A DNA stretch of 63,309 bases, the filler included, from Phoronis australis (lineage: Eukaryota > Animalia > Phoronida): assembly GCA_002633005.1 (NCBI GenBank). It is 6 parts of 6 records of this genome, joined end to end, with 100 filler letters (N's around TTAATTAATTAA, not from the genome) between each part and the next. Parts side by side here need not be neighbours in the genome. Positions count along the whole stretch, not along the records: positions 13,147 to 40,261 come from NMRA01000695.1; positions 40,362 to 47,579 come from NMRA01002052.1; positions 47,680 to 55,891 come from NMRA01001919.1; 3 more parts are not named here. One strand, written 5' to 3'. The notes beneath the pieces are model-generated. The model saw only the letters and a list, made by a program, of their open reading frames with translations, was not told where the DNA came from and searched no databases. Below, in pieces: positions 36,988-50,700 of this stretch. Numbering within the stretch: position 1 is the stretch's first letter; each line of letters opens with the position of its first letter. Position numbers and translations under genes: made by a program.

Positions 36988-38029
36988 GGGAGGCGGATGT
37001 GTAAATTTTTGTCTGATTTGAAAAAAAATCTTCAAATCATAATTGCAACAAGGCCGGGAGATTACCCGAAAGGGCGCAGTTTTCCTTAGATTGTCCTCAG
37101 CACACGCCAGTATTTTGGATGGACGTAGTACTAAAATTAACAGCGTACACAAATTTCAGTTATACGCGAAAACTTCATTAATTTTGCGTTTAAGATTTTC
37201 AAAGATTAAGATACAGCAGACCAGTCTAGTTCGATAGCAGCCTTTCATTAACAAAACTTTATTAAAGACGTCACTCTGTTTTGTGTTGGATAGCTTCATA
37301 TGTAAAGCAATGACTCATTTCGGTTGAAGATTTTGAATGCTCTGTTGGTGAGTAAAGAAAAACCTGTGCTGAATGAGTAGTTCATAGGAGTTTACGGCAC
37401 GCTCGCGCTATTTTACTATGCGCCTGGTGATGAAACACTTGGTCTCGAAATATAGCTGCTATTTAAGTGATATGTTTATTAGGTCTATTGGCAATTTACT
37501 TCATAACTGTACACCTGATGCTCGAAAACTGTGCGGTAGACACGACCGGGTGTTTGTGAAGCTCTCCAACAAAAAATACAACCGTGCTTTTAATGAAGAC
37601 TGTGAACCTCTAAAGTTTATTGGAAAGATGCCAACCTATCAGCAGTCTTTCGTAACGTCGGCCATGCTGTTACAATTCCATCTACAGGCGGGATTCAAGC
37701 CGGGAACCATCCAGCTGGCTGGGATGATATATCTAATCAGTAACATTAGATAACAGTATCATACTGTGTGCACGTGCACAGGATTCTGATTCGCACTCTG
37801 CTCATATTATTCTTTCCATTTAGCCCCTTCCTCTTCTAACAAGGACATGTTTCTAAACACTTAGCACTAGGCAATGATCCATTCTCGATTTCTTATCTTT
37901 TTACGAACAATCAATGGCAACCTTGTATGGCTGTAGTTTTGTAGCTTTCATTTTCAAACATGTTCTTTAAAACAGTGCTAATTGTTTCACACTTTTATGT
38001 CACTTCAGACGATCAATCCTCGTTTCCCT

Positions 38030-39120
38030 AAAAAATTTAAAGCTTTAAAACCTTCACACTATGGTCAGAAATGCTTGAACTCGGTTACCAAAAATTTTGG
38101 TATGATATTTTAAATATTTCGTCTTCACGTTGTGTACTGTTTTTCAAGAAATTACGCACAAATTGAAAAAATGAAAATTTTGTGTGACGTTATCAGTGGT
38201 GCTCCGGTCGGCCCGCATTGTGTCGTTCTACACCAGCCGTGAGTCGGAGTAGTCTCGAAGTAAATCGAATACTGGTTGAGACGAGTATTATTAAAAGGTG
38301 CGTGCTCGGAGGATGCAGTAACAGCAATCGGACAGGCACCATTTCAATTTTTTGTTGCCAAAAGACCGTAAAATCGCCCAGAAATAGTACAGAATCGTGC
38401 GTTAGACACAGGTATGGCAGTACACGGTGGAGCAAGCGATAAGTTCAGGGGCCACACTATACTTTCCCCATTTTGAAAAATCTTGCTTCGACCTGTCACA
38501 GAAAGATTGATTTCACGAAGACTTCTCCAACCTTAGGTGGATTCGATCAGTATTGATAGCAAAAATAATGTATCGTGTTGTACCATTGGTGGGAAAGTGG
38601 TTGTCAGGTACATATTCAGTGACCTAGTTTCAGTCGGTTATAGATTTACAATTCGAGGCATATGTGCGTAATACAAAATTTATTCATGATTCAATAAAAT
38701 GTTATAATTTCCACCCTGTAATGTCAGCTCAGAAATCAGTTCTGTCCGCAAACTGATTAGGCTCGGCGACTCGGCTTCACTCGTTGAAGGGTACTGTTGC
38801 GGAAGGGTCTAATTCGTATGGTCCCAAACACACAAAGTCTGCTGAAATGGCGAGATCGAACTCATTCTCTGTTTCACCTATGGCCTGATTGCCGTCTTCA
38901 CCTCCATCTCAATACCTGTCTTCATAATACTTTCAAGTTGGCTCTCTAAGTTTTCAAAACTTACAAAATCATTGCTATACCCCGCTGCATAATGCTATCG
39001 ACTGATCAAAGTCTTCCACTGATGACATCACATAGCGGGAAACACAAAAATCATTAGATTTACTTTAAAATTCAAAACTACTCAAGTATAAGTGTTTCAT
39101 TGGTTAGATTTTATGTTGTA
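38030..39120 (+). mobile_element. Possible decayed DNA transposon with THAP-like relic
   Basis: KRCVLGGCSNSNRTGTISIF near 38293 resembles a THAP start. Inverted motif TGTGACGTTATCAGTGG (~38183) / CCACTGATGACATCACA (~39016). Boundaries are approximate. Confidence 0.35.
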
Positions 39121-40261
39121 AATTTATTGTACAGCTATTGTAGAAACACTTCAAGCAACTTGAAAACGACACTTAACCAAGCTTTGTCAAGTTTTACTTT
39201 GATTGGCTGTTGTTGACAAATTATGAAAGGCAAATTGTGCAAACATACAAACCATCATGAGGATAGATTCCTGCTTGTCAACGTAGTAAACAGTAACCTC
39301 CGTTGGATGAAGCAAAAGAAATTGAGATTTTGCGACTTTTGAATGTATGCTTAACTTTTGAAGACACTCGTTCGACAAAAAAGATATCACTCTATGATTT
39401 ATGTAATGAATTTGAAATAGGAATCATAAGACGTGCGAAATTAGTTTAGCAGTATTGGCCTAAATAGACTTTTAGCATTTTAGTGCTTATTAGTGTTGTT
39501 TTTGAACGACATAGATTGCATACTGCTGCACGCATTTTTGGCATAAGTGTTACTTAAATAAACCAAGATGGTTACTGAAAATGCAGCGTGAGTAAAAAAT
39601 TTTTAGCCATCTCCTCGTCACGCTCAAAACTTTCGGATTTTGCCAAAGTTATGGGATTGGAAATCTACCTTTGATGTTGGTAGATTCAGAAGTTCACAGA
39701 AATAGAGTGCATTTTGTGTATGGGTCGTACTGCAGTTGAGGCTCGCCTTTTATTTCAGCCTAAATTTGTTTGTCAACGAAGACAGGTTATACGTGTAGTA
39801 TTAACTACATATACATACTTACAAACTTTAATGTAACTTTTTCCCAAATGGATAATTGGTAGAAACTAGCATTTATCGTACCTGATAACTTATAACATAT
39901 CTATTTCAAGCCAATTTGAAAGACTGCCAATGGCGTATTCACCAGTTATTTAAAGTTAAATTTCTATATATTTTGATTTGTATATCCACATAGTGCCGGG
40001 TTATTTTATGTGAAATTGTAAATGTTACTGTTATATTGTAGAGAATGCCACTTTGATAAAAAATATATCCTAAAAGCACGCAATGCACACATGGCCCCAA
40101 TGGAAAGTAGTGTGAACTGATGGGGCTACCCTCATTGTAACTATTCCATTAACAAATAAATACACTTGGAAACGTTATTGTATCATGCGCGTACCCAGGT
40201 GACTCGGAGTGCTCGAAAAGTAGAAAACGAGACAAAAGTCCACTAAAAAGGAAGAAACTGC

Positions 40262-40361
40262 NNNNNNNNNNNNNNNNNNNNNNNNNNNNNNNNNNNNNNN
40301 NNNNNTTAATTAATTAANNNNNNNNNNNNNNNNNNNNNNNNNNNNNNNNNNNNNNNNNNNN
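40262..40361. other. Assembly gap linker
   Basis: 44 N + TTAATTAATTAA + 44 N. Confidence 0.97.
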
Positions 40362-40407
40362 TGCTGGTCATAGGACACATTGGAGAAGACCACTTGCTTG
40401 TCCCAGT
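40362..40407 (-). CDS. TRAPPC8: TRAPPC8 exon, truncated by the gap
   Basis: TCTTGCAG|AC; DWDKQVVFSNVSYDQ, comparable to vertebrate YTFADIIFGNEQ. Confidence 0.65.
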
Positions 40408-43400
40408 CTGCAAGACAAGTGAACATTTGCTAACACACAGCAATTCAATTCTTAACAAACGAGTGTGGTTAAAAGGGTACTCAAGGAAGTTGCGCAATAA
40501 CGAAAATGAACACTTTACAACACTACAAAACAAACTTTAATATTTTACCTTATGGGCTAACTGAAAAAGGAAATCCTACTAAAGAAAAAGATCTGAATCT
40601 ATGGAATGCATCATGTTTCTCAAAACTATAGATCTAATGGTAATTATTTACTAGGATACCTGCACTTACCATTTAAATTCCTCTTACACTTTGTACCTTT
40701 AAGGCAGAGTAACATGGATTCACCATCGTTGATTTTGATGTCTGCAAAAAAACAGAATGGCCAGATAACAGAATTAAGGGGCTCTGAACAGATAGATTAT
40801 CAATTAATGGATTATTCATCAACCTTTCTCCTTGTTCTCTCTGAATTTAAGTATAAAGTCGAATATTTACAAAACTATAAAATTTAAGTCTGTAAAAGTG
40901 TGTATTTTCTGAAAGCAGAAAACGCATAGAATTTGAATTTTGACTAAATGTTAATACTCCATAGGGTGATGTGACCATGCCTTTTTAAATAAACTTAGCA
41001 CGAAATAAGAGTACCTTTAAATGTGAGTTTTTATCCACCCATGGAAGTTCATAATCAAAGGAAAATGAAATTAAATTTGACTAACAAGACTATGTTACTA
41101 AAACTCCTTCAGGGCTTCGTGGCATCCTGCTCCTTTCTTGAGGAATGGTGGAATGACAGGGACATGTGGAGCCTCCTGGTGTGCTCTCGCGAGATATGAT
41201 GAATTCTAGGGTTTCAAGCAGTAGACAGAGCAAACCTGCCACCTCTGTGTCTATTGAGTGACAGATTCAATGTCTTAATAAAGATAGTCTGCTTGATGTC
41301 TCATTCAAACCAGTTCTTGTACCTGCTCACAAATTCAACACTGTCATTACTGAACTAGTGATCATTCACGTGCAAGTATCCATGCATCGGCCGGAATGCA
41401 GAAGAAGGTGTTTCAACAGCGATGCATAGACACTTGCATGTAAATGGTCACCTAGTTTGGTAATGACAATAATTATATTGTAATTAGGGACAAGAATAGG
41501 TTTGAAAGAGTCATCGAGGAGGCCATCTTTCTTAAGGCATTGAATACGTCACTCAAAAGACACGGAGGTGACAGATATGCTCTGTCTACTGTTTGGAACA
41601 CTAGTATTGATCAAATCTCGCAAAAAGTTTCACCTGCCTCATCTTTCTAATCATTCCACAATTCCTCAATAATGGAGTGCGACGCTCCTGAGGGCTTAAG
41701 GAATGTTGGTAAGTACTGTAGTTCAGCTGAACAGACTTAATTTCATTTCTCTTTCATTATAATTACAAAAGGAACATTCATAGCAAAATAATGGTATCAA
41801 TAAAATCACCAAATTTCATTTAAAAAAATCAAAATGAAATCTACAAAATGCTGTTAGCTTTATAAAATATTATTTTATTTTTTATTTTATGCAACCGTTG
41901 ATTTTTTCACAAAAATAATAAAAATCCTATTCTTGATAGCTCATCCTGGAACAATGGATTATTTTAAAGACAATTCCTAAAAGCACTGCAGAGAACACTG
42001 CATAAACAATGATTTCTGAAAGTGACCTGCTCATATTCTGCATTTACCATAGTCAAATTTGGCCATTTTCCTTGGGTCCCACATAACTTTATTGCTAATC
42101 TTAATGCTAACACTACCCAATACTGCCGTTAAACCCCCTCTACCCCTCCGCAACCCAGCACTACCTACCAGTTTCACGGCTAGTACTGAGATGATCAATA
42201 CACCACTGTCTACTGGCGGCGGACATCTGTAATATACTAAACTCAGTGATGCTGGAGTTGTGCAGCTGGTCCAGACTGTGCACCTCCAGGGCCAGCACCA
42301 CGCTGCTGGGCTCACCTCGCCCTGACCTCTCAATCACACCCTGGTCACAGACCAGGTAGGCCGTGGCTTTCAGCTCCAGCGAGTTGGTAGTGATGATCTT
42401 ACTACGGTGCCGCAACACTCGGTGCCTGCAGTAGTTGAATATAAGTCACATTTTTATCAATTTTGCATACAATCCTCACACTCATAACTGCAACATGACA
42501 CTGTAATTCTCCACTTCTGTCATATAAAAATAATTACAAAATTCCTATTTTCCCATTTTTCACAGGCTGATTACGTTACAGCAATTAATTGAATTTTACC
42601 AAAAGTTGTTTTAAGACATCTACACAGTACAAACCATGATGCTAGTAATAGAGAAAAATTTTCCTAATCTTTATGTTGCGGAGAAATTTGACAACATAGA
42701 ACTTCACTTGTCAGCCATATTGTATGCTAAATAAGTGAAGAAATACTGTGCAGGAAGAACACTTTGAAAGTCATTGTGTTTTGAAACGATGACTTGCATA
42801 TTAGGTAATTGACAGTTTGACACAACCAATAGACCTTATTCACGCAGTCGCCATTTTAAGAAAACCTCTTTTTAGGTTAAAAAAACATGCATTTGAGACA
42901 TAAATACAATGAGGCATGTGGAAAATTGTTTTGTGATTAGGGACAGAATCCATTGTTTTTTAAAACCTGAAAGGAGGCTCTTCGTAATATGGCGACTGCT
43001 TGACCAACTGCAAATATGCAAAAAAGTGTTGACATTATGTTCTCTTAAGTTGTTTGATATTCTCACTACTTACCTGTTGTGTAACATAACAAATGTGTTT
43101 GTGTATGACTTGTCATAATGTGCCTAGTTTATATGACTCGTCATAATGTGTCTAGTTTAGGAAATACAAATCACCTTACGCTTTAGTAGCACAGTGACAT
43201 CTCACCAACTTCGAACAAAAATCAATTGCAAAAAAATTGCCAGAATAGCCCTGTAAGTTGTGAATAACAGTCCGATGATAGCTATGGTTCACAACTTGAA
43301 AATGATAAAGCATTACTTGATGCTACCTTTTCCTTAATGTAAAATAAAACTAAAATTTCACTTGTCCTCCATATCGTGTCCTAAATCAGTGAGATTATAC

Positions 43401-46400
43401 CACATGTTGATGTACTGACAATTCTGTACCCTTATTTCACCTTGAACTGTCAAAATTCAAGACATTGATTACACAGGTCTACTCCAGGTTTTTTTCAATC
43501 CAGTTAGTAGATCTGGCTTATCCACACAGAGCAGTACTTTGCGGTTAGAACAACATAATCAGAGGTCATTAAGCGCAAATGAAACATGATTTGCAACGCA
43601 AACGACATAAAACTAAAAACGCGGTGGAAGTTCGGCTACCTTAATCCTGGCTTTGGCTCCGTAGACTCATAGTAGAACAAAAAGTTTATATCATGCAAAC
43701 CGGGAGTTGCATCCCCTCGCAACCACATAGGCACCGACGCACTCTGTCCAGGCTGTAACTGTCCGTTAGGTACTGGCACTAGGCACACCGAGGACACCTT
43801 GTGGTCAGGTATCACATACTCGTTTGAGTCACTCTCGGGTATTGTCACATAAGTTAGAGAATTGTCTGTGGGTTTGTTCGAAGCACCAAATGTGAACAGT
43901 GAGGAGCTGGAGGAGGCGACCTTCAACTGGGTCAACGGCACTGGGCCGTGATTGGTTAGTTCCACGGTGACCTTCTGGACCTCACCGCAGAGCAGTGCTT
44001 GGGGAAAGTCGTAGAAATTTACCTGTGGACAATCAAGTAAGCAATTAGTAAACACCCCAGCTCAGTAACAATGGGACTCGATGTAAGTGCATGGAAATCG
44101 CAACAACAAAAAACATTTTGATTAATTTTAGTTGTGTACAAATGAGTGATCTTCTCGTATACAGTTAAAAACAAAGACCATTTCACTGAATGACACCAAC
44201 AGTGTCATACAGTGTCACAAGTGGTGATTTAATACTAACGGCAACTGCCTGCATTCAGGATACAAAATTTCAGTTTTGAATAAAACAATTTAAGGTTGTG
44301 TAGGACACCATTAACAAATCGGTGTATTTACACAAATATCTACAAAACTATAAAATTTAAATTGGCAAAGGTGTATATTTTCTAAAAGTAGAAACCACGT
44401 AGAAAATGAACTTGGACTTTGTATCAATCTGCCATTAATTAGGTCACGTGATCGTGTGTTTTAATAAAAATTTAGTACACATTCATAGAATAACAATGGT
44501 ATCAAGAACATACATATTAAATTTCGCAAGATAAAAACTCAAAAACATCTGTTAGAATTTTCTAAAATATTTTACTTTTTACAAAAAATCATGTCATACA
44601 TACAACAGATAACTCCTCATGTACAACTGGAACAGTTTAAACAATTCCTAAAAGCATTTTGGAGAACAGTGCATAAAGCATGGTCTACGAAAGTTTCATG
44701 AAGAATTCCATCACTTGTTTACCAAATATGATTTTCCTTATTAGCCAAATCTTGGATATTTCTCGGAACTTGCATAACCTTAAAAGTACAATAAAATAGC
44801 AGAAGCACGTCTTTCCTGAGCAAATAAATGGCATGGATTCATATAAAGAAGTTATACCTCGAGCCGGGGCATGCTAGGTACAATCACAAAGTCGAGGCGG
44901 CGGTCGAGCCCATAAAACCGGCTCGACTTCTCAGTTTTGTTGCTATTCAGTCGCGGTCCCTGCACCTCCAAGTTCTGTTTGCCTCTCACGTAGATAGCAC
45001 TGACATAGCCCGGCTTGCGCATGACGTCTGCTGCTGTTGTACCCACTGGGTAAGGCTGGGTGTGTGATGTCGTACCCAGGTTGTAGGCCACGCCCACCAC
45101 ATGCAGCTCTCCCGTGTGGCGCGGTGTCAGTGTCAGGTTGACCTGAAGTAAAAGACACGACACTGTAATTGAATATGCATCACATCAATTTGAATGGTAA
45201 TGAGCACCAGATAAGTAAATCACTAGTTTGGATGTTGGTTATTAGCAAGGATAGTTGATACACCTGAGGCCAGCTTATCACATAGACTTCAACTGCCTGT
45301 CTAAACAGACGTCTCACCCATGGAGTTGACGAGATGCTTGAAATAACGAATATCAGAACACCTCGGGTAGTTTGTAAGCAAAAGTTAAGTCAATGTGATG
45401 TAACTGTGTTAACTAACACTTCAGTCCTTCACACCATGGCAATGAGACAAAATCCCACAATGGATTTGATAAATAGTGCGAGTCTTGTGTGATATTTCGA
45501 AATTTGAAGTATCCAACTTTGACCTTGATACCAGTAACAAAAAAAAACTGGATATAATGCTAATTTAAAAGCTTCGATGTGACTACATTCTTAATACACA
45601 TAGACTCTAATCCTTCAAATATTTAGCACAGTATATAGAGGACAAGGGATTTTTTTCTGACAAAAATGAAGACTACAAAATAATAGTCTGTTAAGAGCTT
45701 TGTTTGTATTGTGGAGATGTCAAGAAGCATTTGGTCAAATTTACATTATTTGCATTTGGGTGCCCAGACTTTGACAATAGAAAAATGACAATTTTGCAAT
45801 TATTTTTGTGCAAATTAAGTGAAGAATTAANAATGTATGTCAACTGCTACTTACAGCAAGTACAATGAATGTCAACTGCAACTTACAGCACGTACAATGA
45901 ATGTCAACTGCAACTTACAGCACGTACAATGTATGGCAACTGCAACTTACAGCACGTACAAATCACGAAACAGTTTTTTTTAATGTCACGCTTATTTCAG
46001 AGATGAAAATTGTGCTACTTTACGTAAATGCAACACATCCATGAAGCACATGTGGCAAGAAATCTTCGCTCACGTAATGGAAGCGACAACTTACATCCCA
46101 AAATTCCAAACTCACCGACCAGGGTACTTGCAGAACACTCACTTGTCGCTCACGCGATTTTACATAACCTTGCATGATCTTGCAAACAAAACATGATCCC
46201 AACAAGAAACACGATAATTGTACAGTACGCTATACAGTACCTCACACATTGTTGTCCACAGAGAATAAATACCTCTTTGGGAATTGAGCCTTTAAATGGG
46301 CCCCAAATGGATGCTAAATAGTTTATTAAGTATAAAGTTTGATTGTGTATACCAGCTCACAGCATTTACAATCAAGATAATTATGAGTAAGTAAATCTTG

Positions 46401-46849
46401 AACTGCCATGGAAATATAGATCACATTTTACAAGTCTGGTCTGCACGCCACCTGTTGGCCACATCATACTTATGTTCATTAGGTCATGTGACGTGGTCAA
46501 CAGGTGGCGTACAGACCAGACTTTTAAGTGTTTGTGATAAAGATGTTTCCTAAAAATCTATGCACGACCACACAAGAATAACCAAAAGCAAAAAAATGCA
46601 TTCGTCTAAAAATATTGACTATTCACAAAACAAATAAATACACTTAGTATCTTGCAGTACTATCTAAAACAGCCCAGTAAGTAAGTTAAGAAAAGTTACT
46701 CACCTTTATAGTATCCACTTCGTTAGTAACTGGGTACCCGGGCTTGTCACCAGTGGTCTCCGCACAGTACGTCCATAGCAGATGGACCTCGGTCAGCACC
46801 AGAGGTATCTTCAATGGGTTGACCAGGGCAATCTGTACAGTGACTGGCT
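40362..46849 (-). CDS. TRAPPC8: Trafficking protein particle complex subunit 8, internal exons only
   Basis: Exons 46849-46704, 45142-44858, 44022-43640, 42425-42169, 40741-40670 and 40407-40362. Motifs NPLKIPLVL, GELHVVGVAYNLG, VRGKQNLEVQGPRLN, DRRLD, LLCGEV, PMWLRG, FLFYYES and HRVLRH match TRAPPC8. Confidence 0.95.
40670..40741 (-). CDS. TRAPPC8: TRAPPC8 exon
   Basis: TTTTTGCAG|AC...G|GTAAGT; DIKINDGESMLLCLKGTKCKRNLN. Confidence 0.78.
41052..41762. mobile_element. Penelope-like element remnant with an inverted duplicated 3' end
   Basis: The + strand 41382-41600 translates to AMHRHLHVNGH...RFERVIEEAIFLKALNTSLKRHGGDRYALSTVW, the GIY-YIG C-terminus of Penelope elements. 41052-41311 is a diverged reverse-complement copy of 41499-41762. 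Confidence 0.75.
42169..42425 (-). CDS. TRAPPC8: TRAPPC8 exon
   Basis: CTGCAG|GCAC; HRVLRHRSKIITTNSLELKATA...EFSILQMSAASRQW. Confidence 0.9.
43640..44022 (-). CDS. TRAPPC8: TRAPPC8 exon
   Basis: VNFYDFPQALLCGEVQK...PMWLRG...FLFYYES. Confidence 0.95.
44858..45142 (-). CDS. TRAPPC8: TRAPPC8 exon
   Basis: VNLTLTPRHTGELHVVGVAYNLG...GPRLN...DRRLDFVIVPSMPRLE. Confidence 0.95.
45832..45959. repeat. 32-bp tandem repeat, 4 copies
   Basis: AATGAATGTCAACTGCAACTTACAGCACGTAC units starting directly after the N at 45831. Confidence 0.9.
46432..46523. repeat. 92-bp hairpin / palindromic MITE
   Basis: AAGTCTGGTCTGCACGCCACCTGTTGGCCAC / GTGGTCAACAGGTGGCGTACAGACCAGACTT. Confidence 0.8.
46704..46849 (-). CDS. 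TRAPPC8: TRAPPC8 exon
   Basis: TTTCTAG|AG...AAG|GTGAGT; EPVTVQIALVNPLKIPLVLTEVHLLW. Confidence 0.92.
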
Positions 46850-47579
46850 CTAGAAACAGTAACAGTAACAGAACATAATGTCCGTCATGCGTTTTCAATT
46901 CGTAATTCATGTACTAGATGAGTCTAAACTGTTCTGTTACATTCTGCCAGAGTTTGTGTAGGATTAACAGGTGTTGGGCCAATAGGTGTCACTGGAATTT
47001 CGTTTGGCCTGTCTATGTATCATGCTTTCATTGCTATTTCAGATGTGTCACTTATTAGAACATTTCAGAGGCAGAGACCCAAATGTTGGCAGTGCTCTCA
47101 GTCGTAACTGGGATAATTAGATTTTCACATTTCGACGTCAGCAGCAAACTTTTCATTAGGGAGAGCATTTCTAAAGGCAAAAAGCATTTCCGAAATTACA
47201 GACAGCATTGACTTGCACTCTCTAAGCAATCACATATTATAGTATGTTTTAAAATCACAAACACAACCAAAATTTCAAAGAAAATAACCACAAATTTTCA
47301 ACATTTTAAATTCAACTAACTGCTTCATTTAAACATGCGACTCCAATACTTCAAGGCACATATCCTAGTAATTGCGTATGACTAGATACCTAGGCACACA
47401 ACCTAGTAATCAAAAACTCAAGTCACCAGGTGATGCCACTGAACTAAGGGAGCTTCCAACAGAAATGCCTGCATTCAGGCAAATCACATGGGTCCTTTAT
47501 CACATGAAATGCCCCCTGTTGATGAACTGCTTTCTGCTCTCAATCTATTCGAAGTCAAAAAAGGAAATTTATTTGTTAG

Positions 47580-47679
47580 NNNNNNNNNNNNNNNNNNNNN
47601 NNNNNNNNNNNNNNNNNNNNNNNTTAATTAATTAANNNNNNNNNNNNNNNNNNNNNNNNNNNNNNNNNNNNNNNNNNNN
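47580..47679. other. Assembly gap linker
   Basis: 44 N + TTAATTAATTAA + 44 N. Confidence 0.97.
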
Positions 47680-48280
47680 TTCCGAGCCATTCACTGACCG
47701 GGATAACGAGTCAATCCGGCCGGCCGCGACGGGCCTGATCGGGCTCCGAGCCACTGGCCAGGATAACAAGCGTTTTGTGTTTAGAGCTCAAAAAACCACA
47801 AGTCTAAACAACACAGATCTAGGTTCTCCTGTCTGTATCTCACGGAAAATACTTGAAAATTATCTCCGAACAGACCCCAAACTCCTGCTACGAACCTTAT
47901 TGGCCTGCCGAACTTTGTAGGCTACGGTGTGTCCATATACCAATAAATCCGTAAGAGCGAAATAAAAAACACATTTTTGTAAGAGCTCAGTGTATTTTTA
48001 AGGGTTTTACATCGAAGTTTGATGATTCATTGGTGTTAAACGATGACTTCAAGCGATAAGCTGACACCAGTAACCCGTGTTGTGAACTGCTGAGCAGACT
48101 GCGCGTGAAACCGATGACGTCATTGGATAATTTCAACACCTCCGTCTGCCGTCAGGTGTCAGGTAACGCAACCATACGTGTCGTTATGGAGTAGAACTAC
48201 TCGATCTAAATTGATACAAATTATGTTGCTTTTTGGGTGGCATGCTCCTTTAAATTGCTTCTGGCGCTGATAGTACTAAT

Positions 48281-50700
48281 CATAGACATCTTCATACTAT
48301 AGACCGGGCGCACGCGCTACTGCAGCTGACAACTTATTGCCATATTGGAGAGTGCTACTAGTCACGTGACACGGCTAATTGCCATGTAAACAAACGGGGC
48401 AAATTGCTCTTTTCAAAGCGCAATATCTAACAAATAAAGAGGTGGAAGAGTGTGATTTTTTTCCAAAAAATATAAAAATGTGATGTCGCACTTACATGCG
48501 TTTTATAAGTGTCAACCAATCGATAGGGAAAATATCAAACTAATAGAAGATCGCATTGGGCCCAATCAGTAAATCTAAGTGACTAGTGTATTCTCAGTAT
48601 TGAAATATATACTGCTTTAAAAACTCATTTCTTAATATGTATTCCAAAATCAGATTTTTCTGTTGTATCAAAACAAACAAATCCCTGCAAAATCTGTACT
48701 GATGTCGAAGTTGATATCGGAAATTTTGTAGATTTGCACTGCTTGCTTACGAGCTCTCTGTTTTGTGACGAACCTTGCGCAAAAAAGTAAAGTGCATAGT
48801 AACCAAAATATCAAACCTGTACGACTGAATTGCGTATACAACCTTTACCCAAAATACAAGATTTCCCACTCGAAACCGAATAGAAATATACCCAACCGAG
48901 CTGATGTAGCATTAGTTATGACCCCGTGAAAAATGACTCCGGTTAGATTTTTCACAGGGTCTAAATTTACTGTGAAGAATTTTCAGCCCATAAAAAATGA
49001 CCCCACGTCCGTGAAAATCTGTCCTGTCTTTATTCAACGGTTTCCCCGCAAATGGGGGTTCGGATAAGCAGACAACGTGTGTGAGAGAAGGATTTATTTT
49101 AAATTTCTCGGCTGAGTGTCGCGCAGTACGTATATCAGATTAAGGGCGGGTATGCATACGGGAACCGAACTAATGGATGGGAACCTGGCTGATCTCTTTG
49201 TGAACACACAATTACACGGTGTGGGGATACTACAAAACGCCATCAAGTGCCTGGTGCTTGATCGGGGTGACTTCAGATACGTGAGCGAGGAATACCGTGC
49301 GTGAGAGAAGAATATTTGTACGTTGGCAATTCCGAGCGAAGCACACGAAAGAACTGAGTGTGTGTTCTTTGCTTTTTACATTACGGTGTTCTCCCGTTGA
49401 GTCTAACTTTTTAAGTTGTATATCACAATTTGGGTGGATGACCGCTTTAGCCAATATCTTAGAATGACGACTGATTAAGTCCATTCTGGCAATTAGGGTT
49501 GGAGGTTCATCGCTCTTTGGTTCGATAATTGGTCTAATCTCCGATAAAATCGTATCTTATATCCTCATTGGGCTGTGGTGTTATAAACAAGCTAAGTTAT
49601 AAAATGTTTGAGCATAAACCAATGACATTTCTGAATTGCCCTTCAAATACTGATCAAGCTTATAGTTTTTGAATCACCAAAATCGCCCAACTACAGTCAA
49701 AGTTAAGACAATCTATTCTGTCCGAACGTACCAACGTACTGGGTTTGACTGTGTTCACATGTGATCGGTTATAAGCCTGGTAGATAATTTATCTGGATGT
49801 TGTCCTACCAGACAAAAGACTATGCTCGGCAGTTAACAAAGGAGCGAGATGGTATCACACGCTCACAACCACTGTACTGAACGGGAGAACACCCTAAATA
49901 ACTTTAAAAACCTGCCAATTATTTATATGACCCCAATGAGGTCATTATTCACTGTAGTTCACATTAAATTTTGACCCAATTGAAAGGGCCGACCCGGGTC
50001 ATATTTTAATTTTACAAAGTTACCCGGGGTCATTGTTCAACACTTAGTGAAAAACCTTATTGGGGCACCACGAAAGTACTAGTGAGCGGCACGTCTGCAG
50101 GATATAATATATTTACATCGAGGGATAAGGATTAAATGATATATTTGCGCGATCCTAGTGGTTTCTCTTGAAAAACAAAAATAAATAACTCTCGCAGTGG
50201 ATTGACGGGCGTGCAGCCGCTCAGGCCACTCGAGAATCTGCCACTGGTTGCGATCTTCTAATAGTTTGATATTTTCCCTATCGACTGATTAACTCTTAAA
50301 AACGCATGTAAGTGCTACATCACATATTTTTGTACGTTTCTGGAAAAATCACATTCTTCGGCCTCTTTATTTGTTAGATATCGCGCTTTGAAAAGGGCAA
50401 TTTACCCCGTTTGTTTACTCGGCAATTGACCTATCGCAAGCTCTGCCCCCTTGCGCAATGTCGACTAACAAACAATAAGTTGTACGCGGCAACGTATTGT
50501 TTGTCGGGTAAAATGGCGGCTTGGAAACGAAGGTGAATCAGTAATGAGGCGTTCTGAATGGTCAGTTAAACCGTCACTCAAAATCCTGGCGATAGGTCAA
50601 TTAGCCGTGCCACGTGACTAGTAGGACTCTCCAGTATGGCGTCACTGAAGTTGTCAGCTGCCAGCTCGTGCTCCCGGTCTATACTATTAAGATGTCTATG
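48281..50700. mobile_element. 2.4-kb non-autonomous DNA transposon with long TIRs and 8-bp TSD (P-superfamily-like)
   Basis: Termini CATAGACATCTT / AAGATGTCTATG; GTACTAAT on both flanks (48273-48280, 50701-50708). Inverted similarity extends over about 48281-48550 versus 50270-50700. Confidence 0.85.

Noticed and set aside
33900-38000. Short ORFs downstream of the GH18-like gene
   Set aside because: No recognisable domains or consistent exon chain.
46142-46177. IMQGYVKSRERQ as the missing TRAPPC8 exon
   Set aside because: Splice sites are plausible, but similarity to the expected segment is unconvincing.
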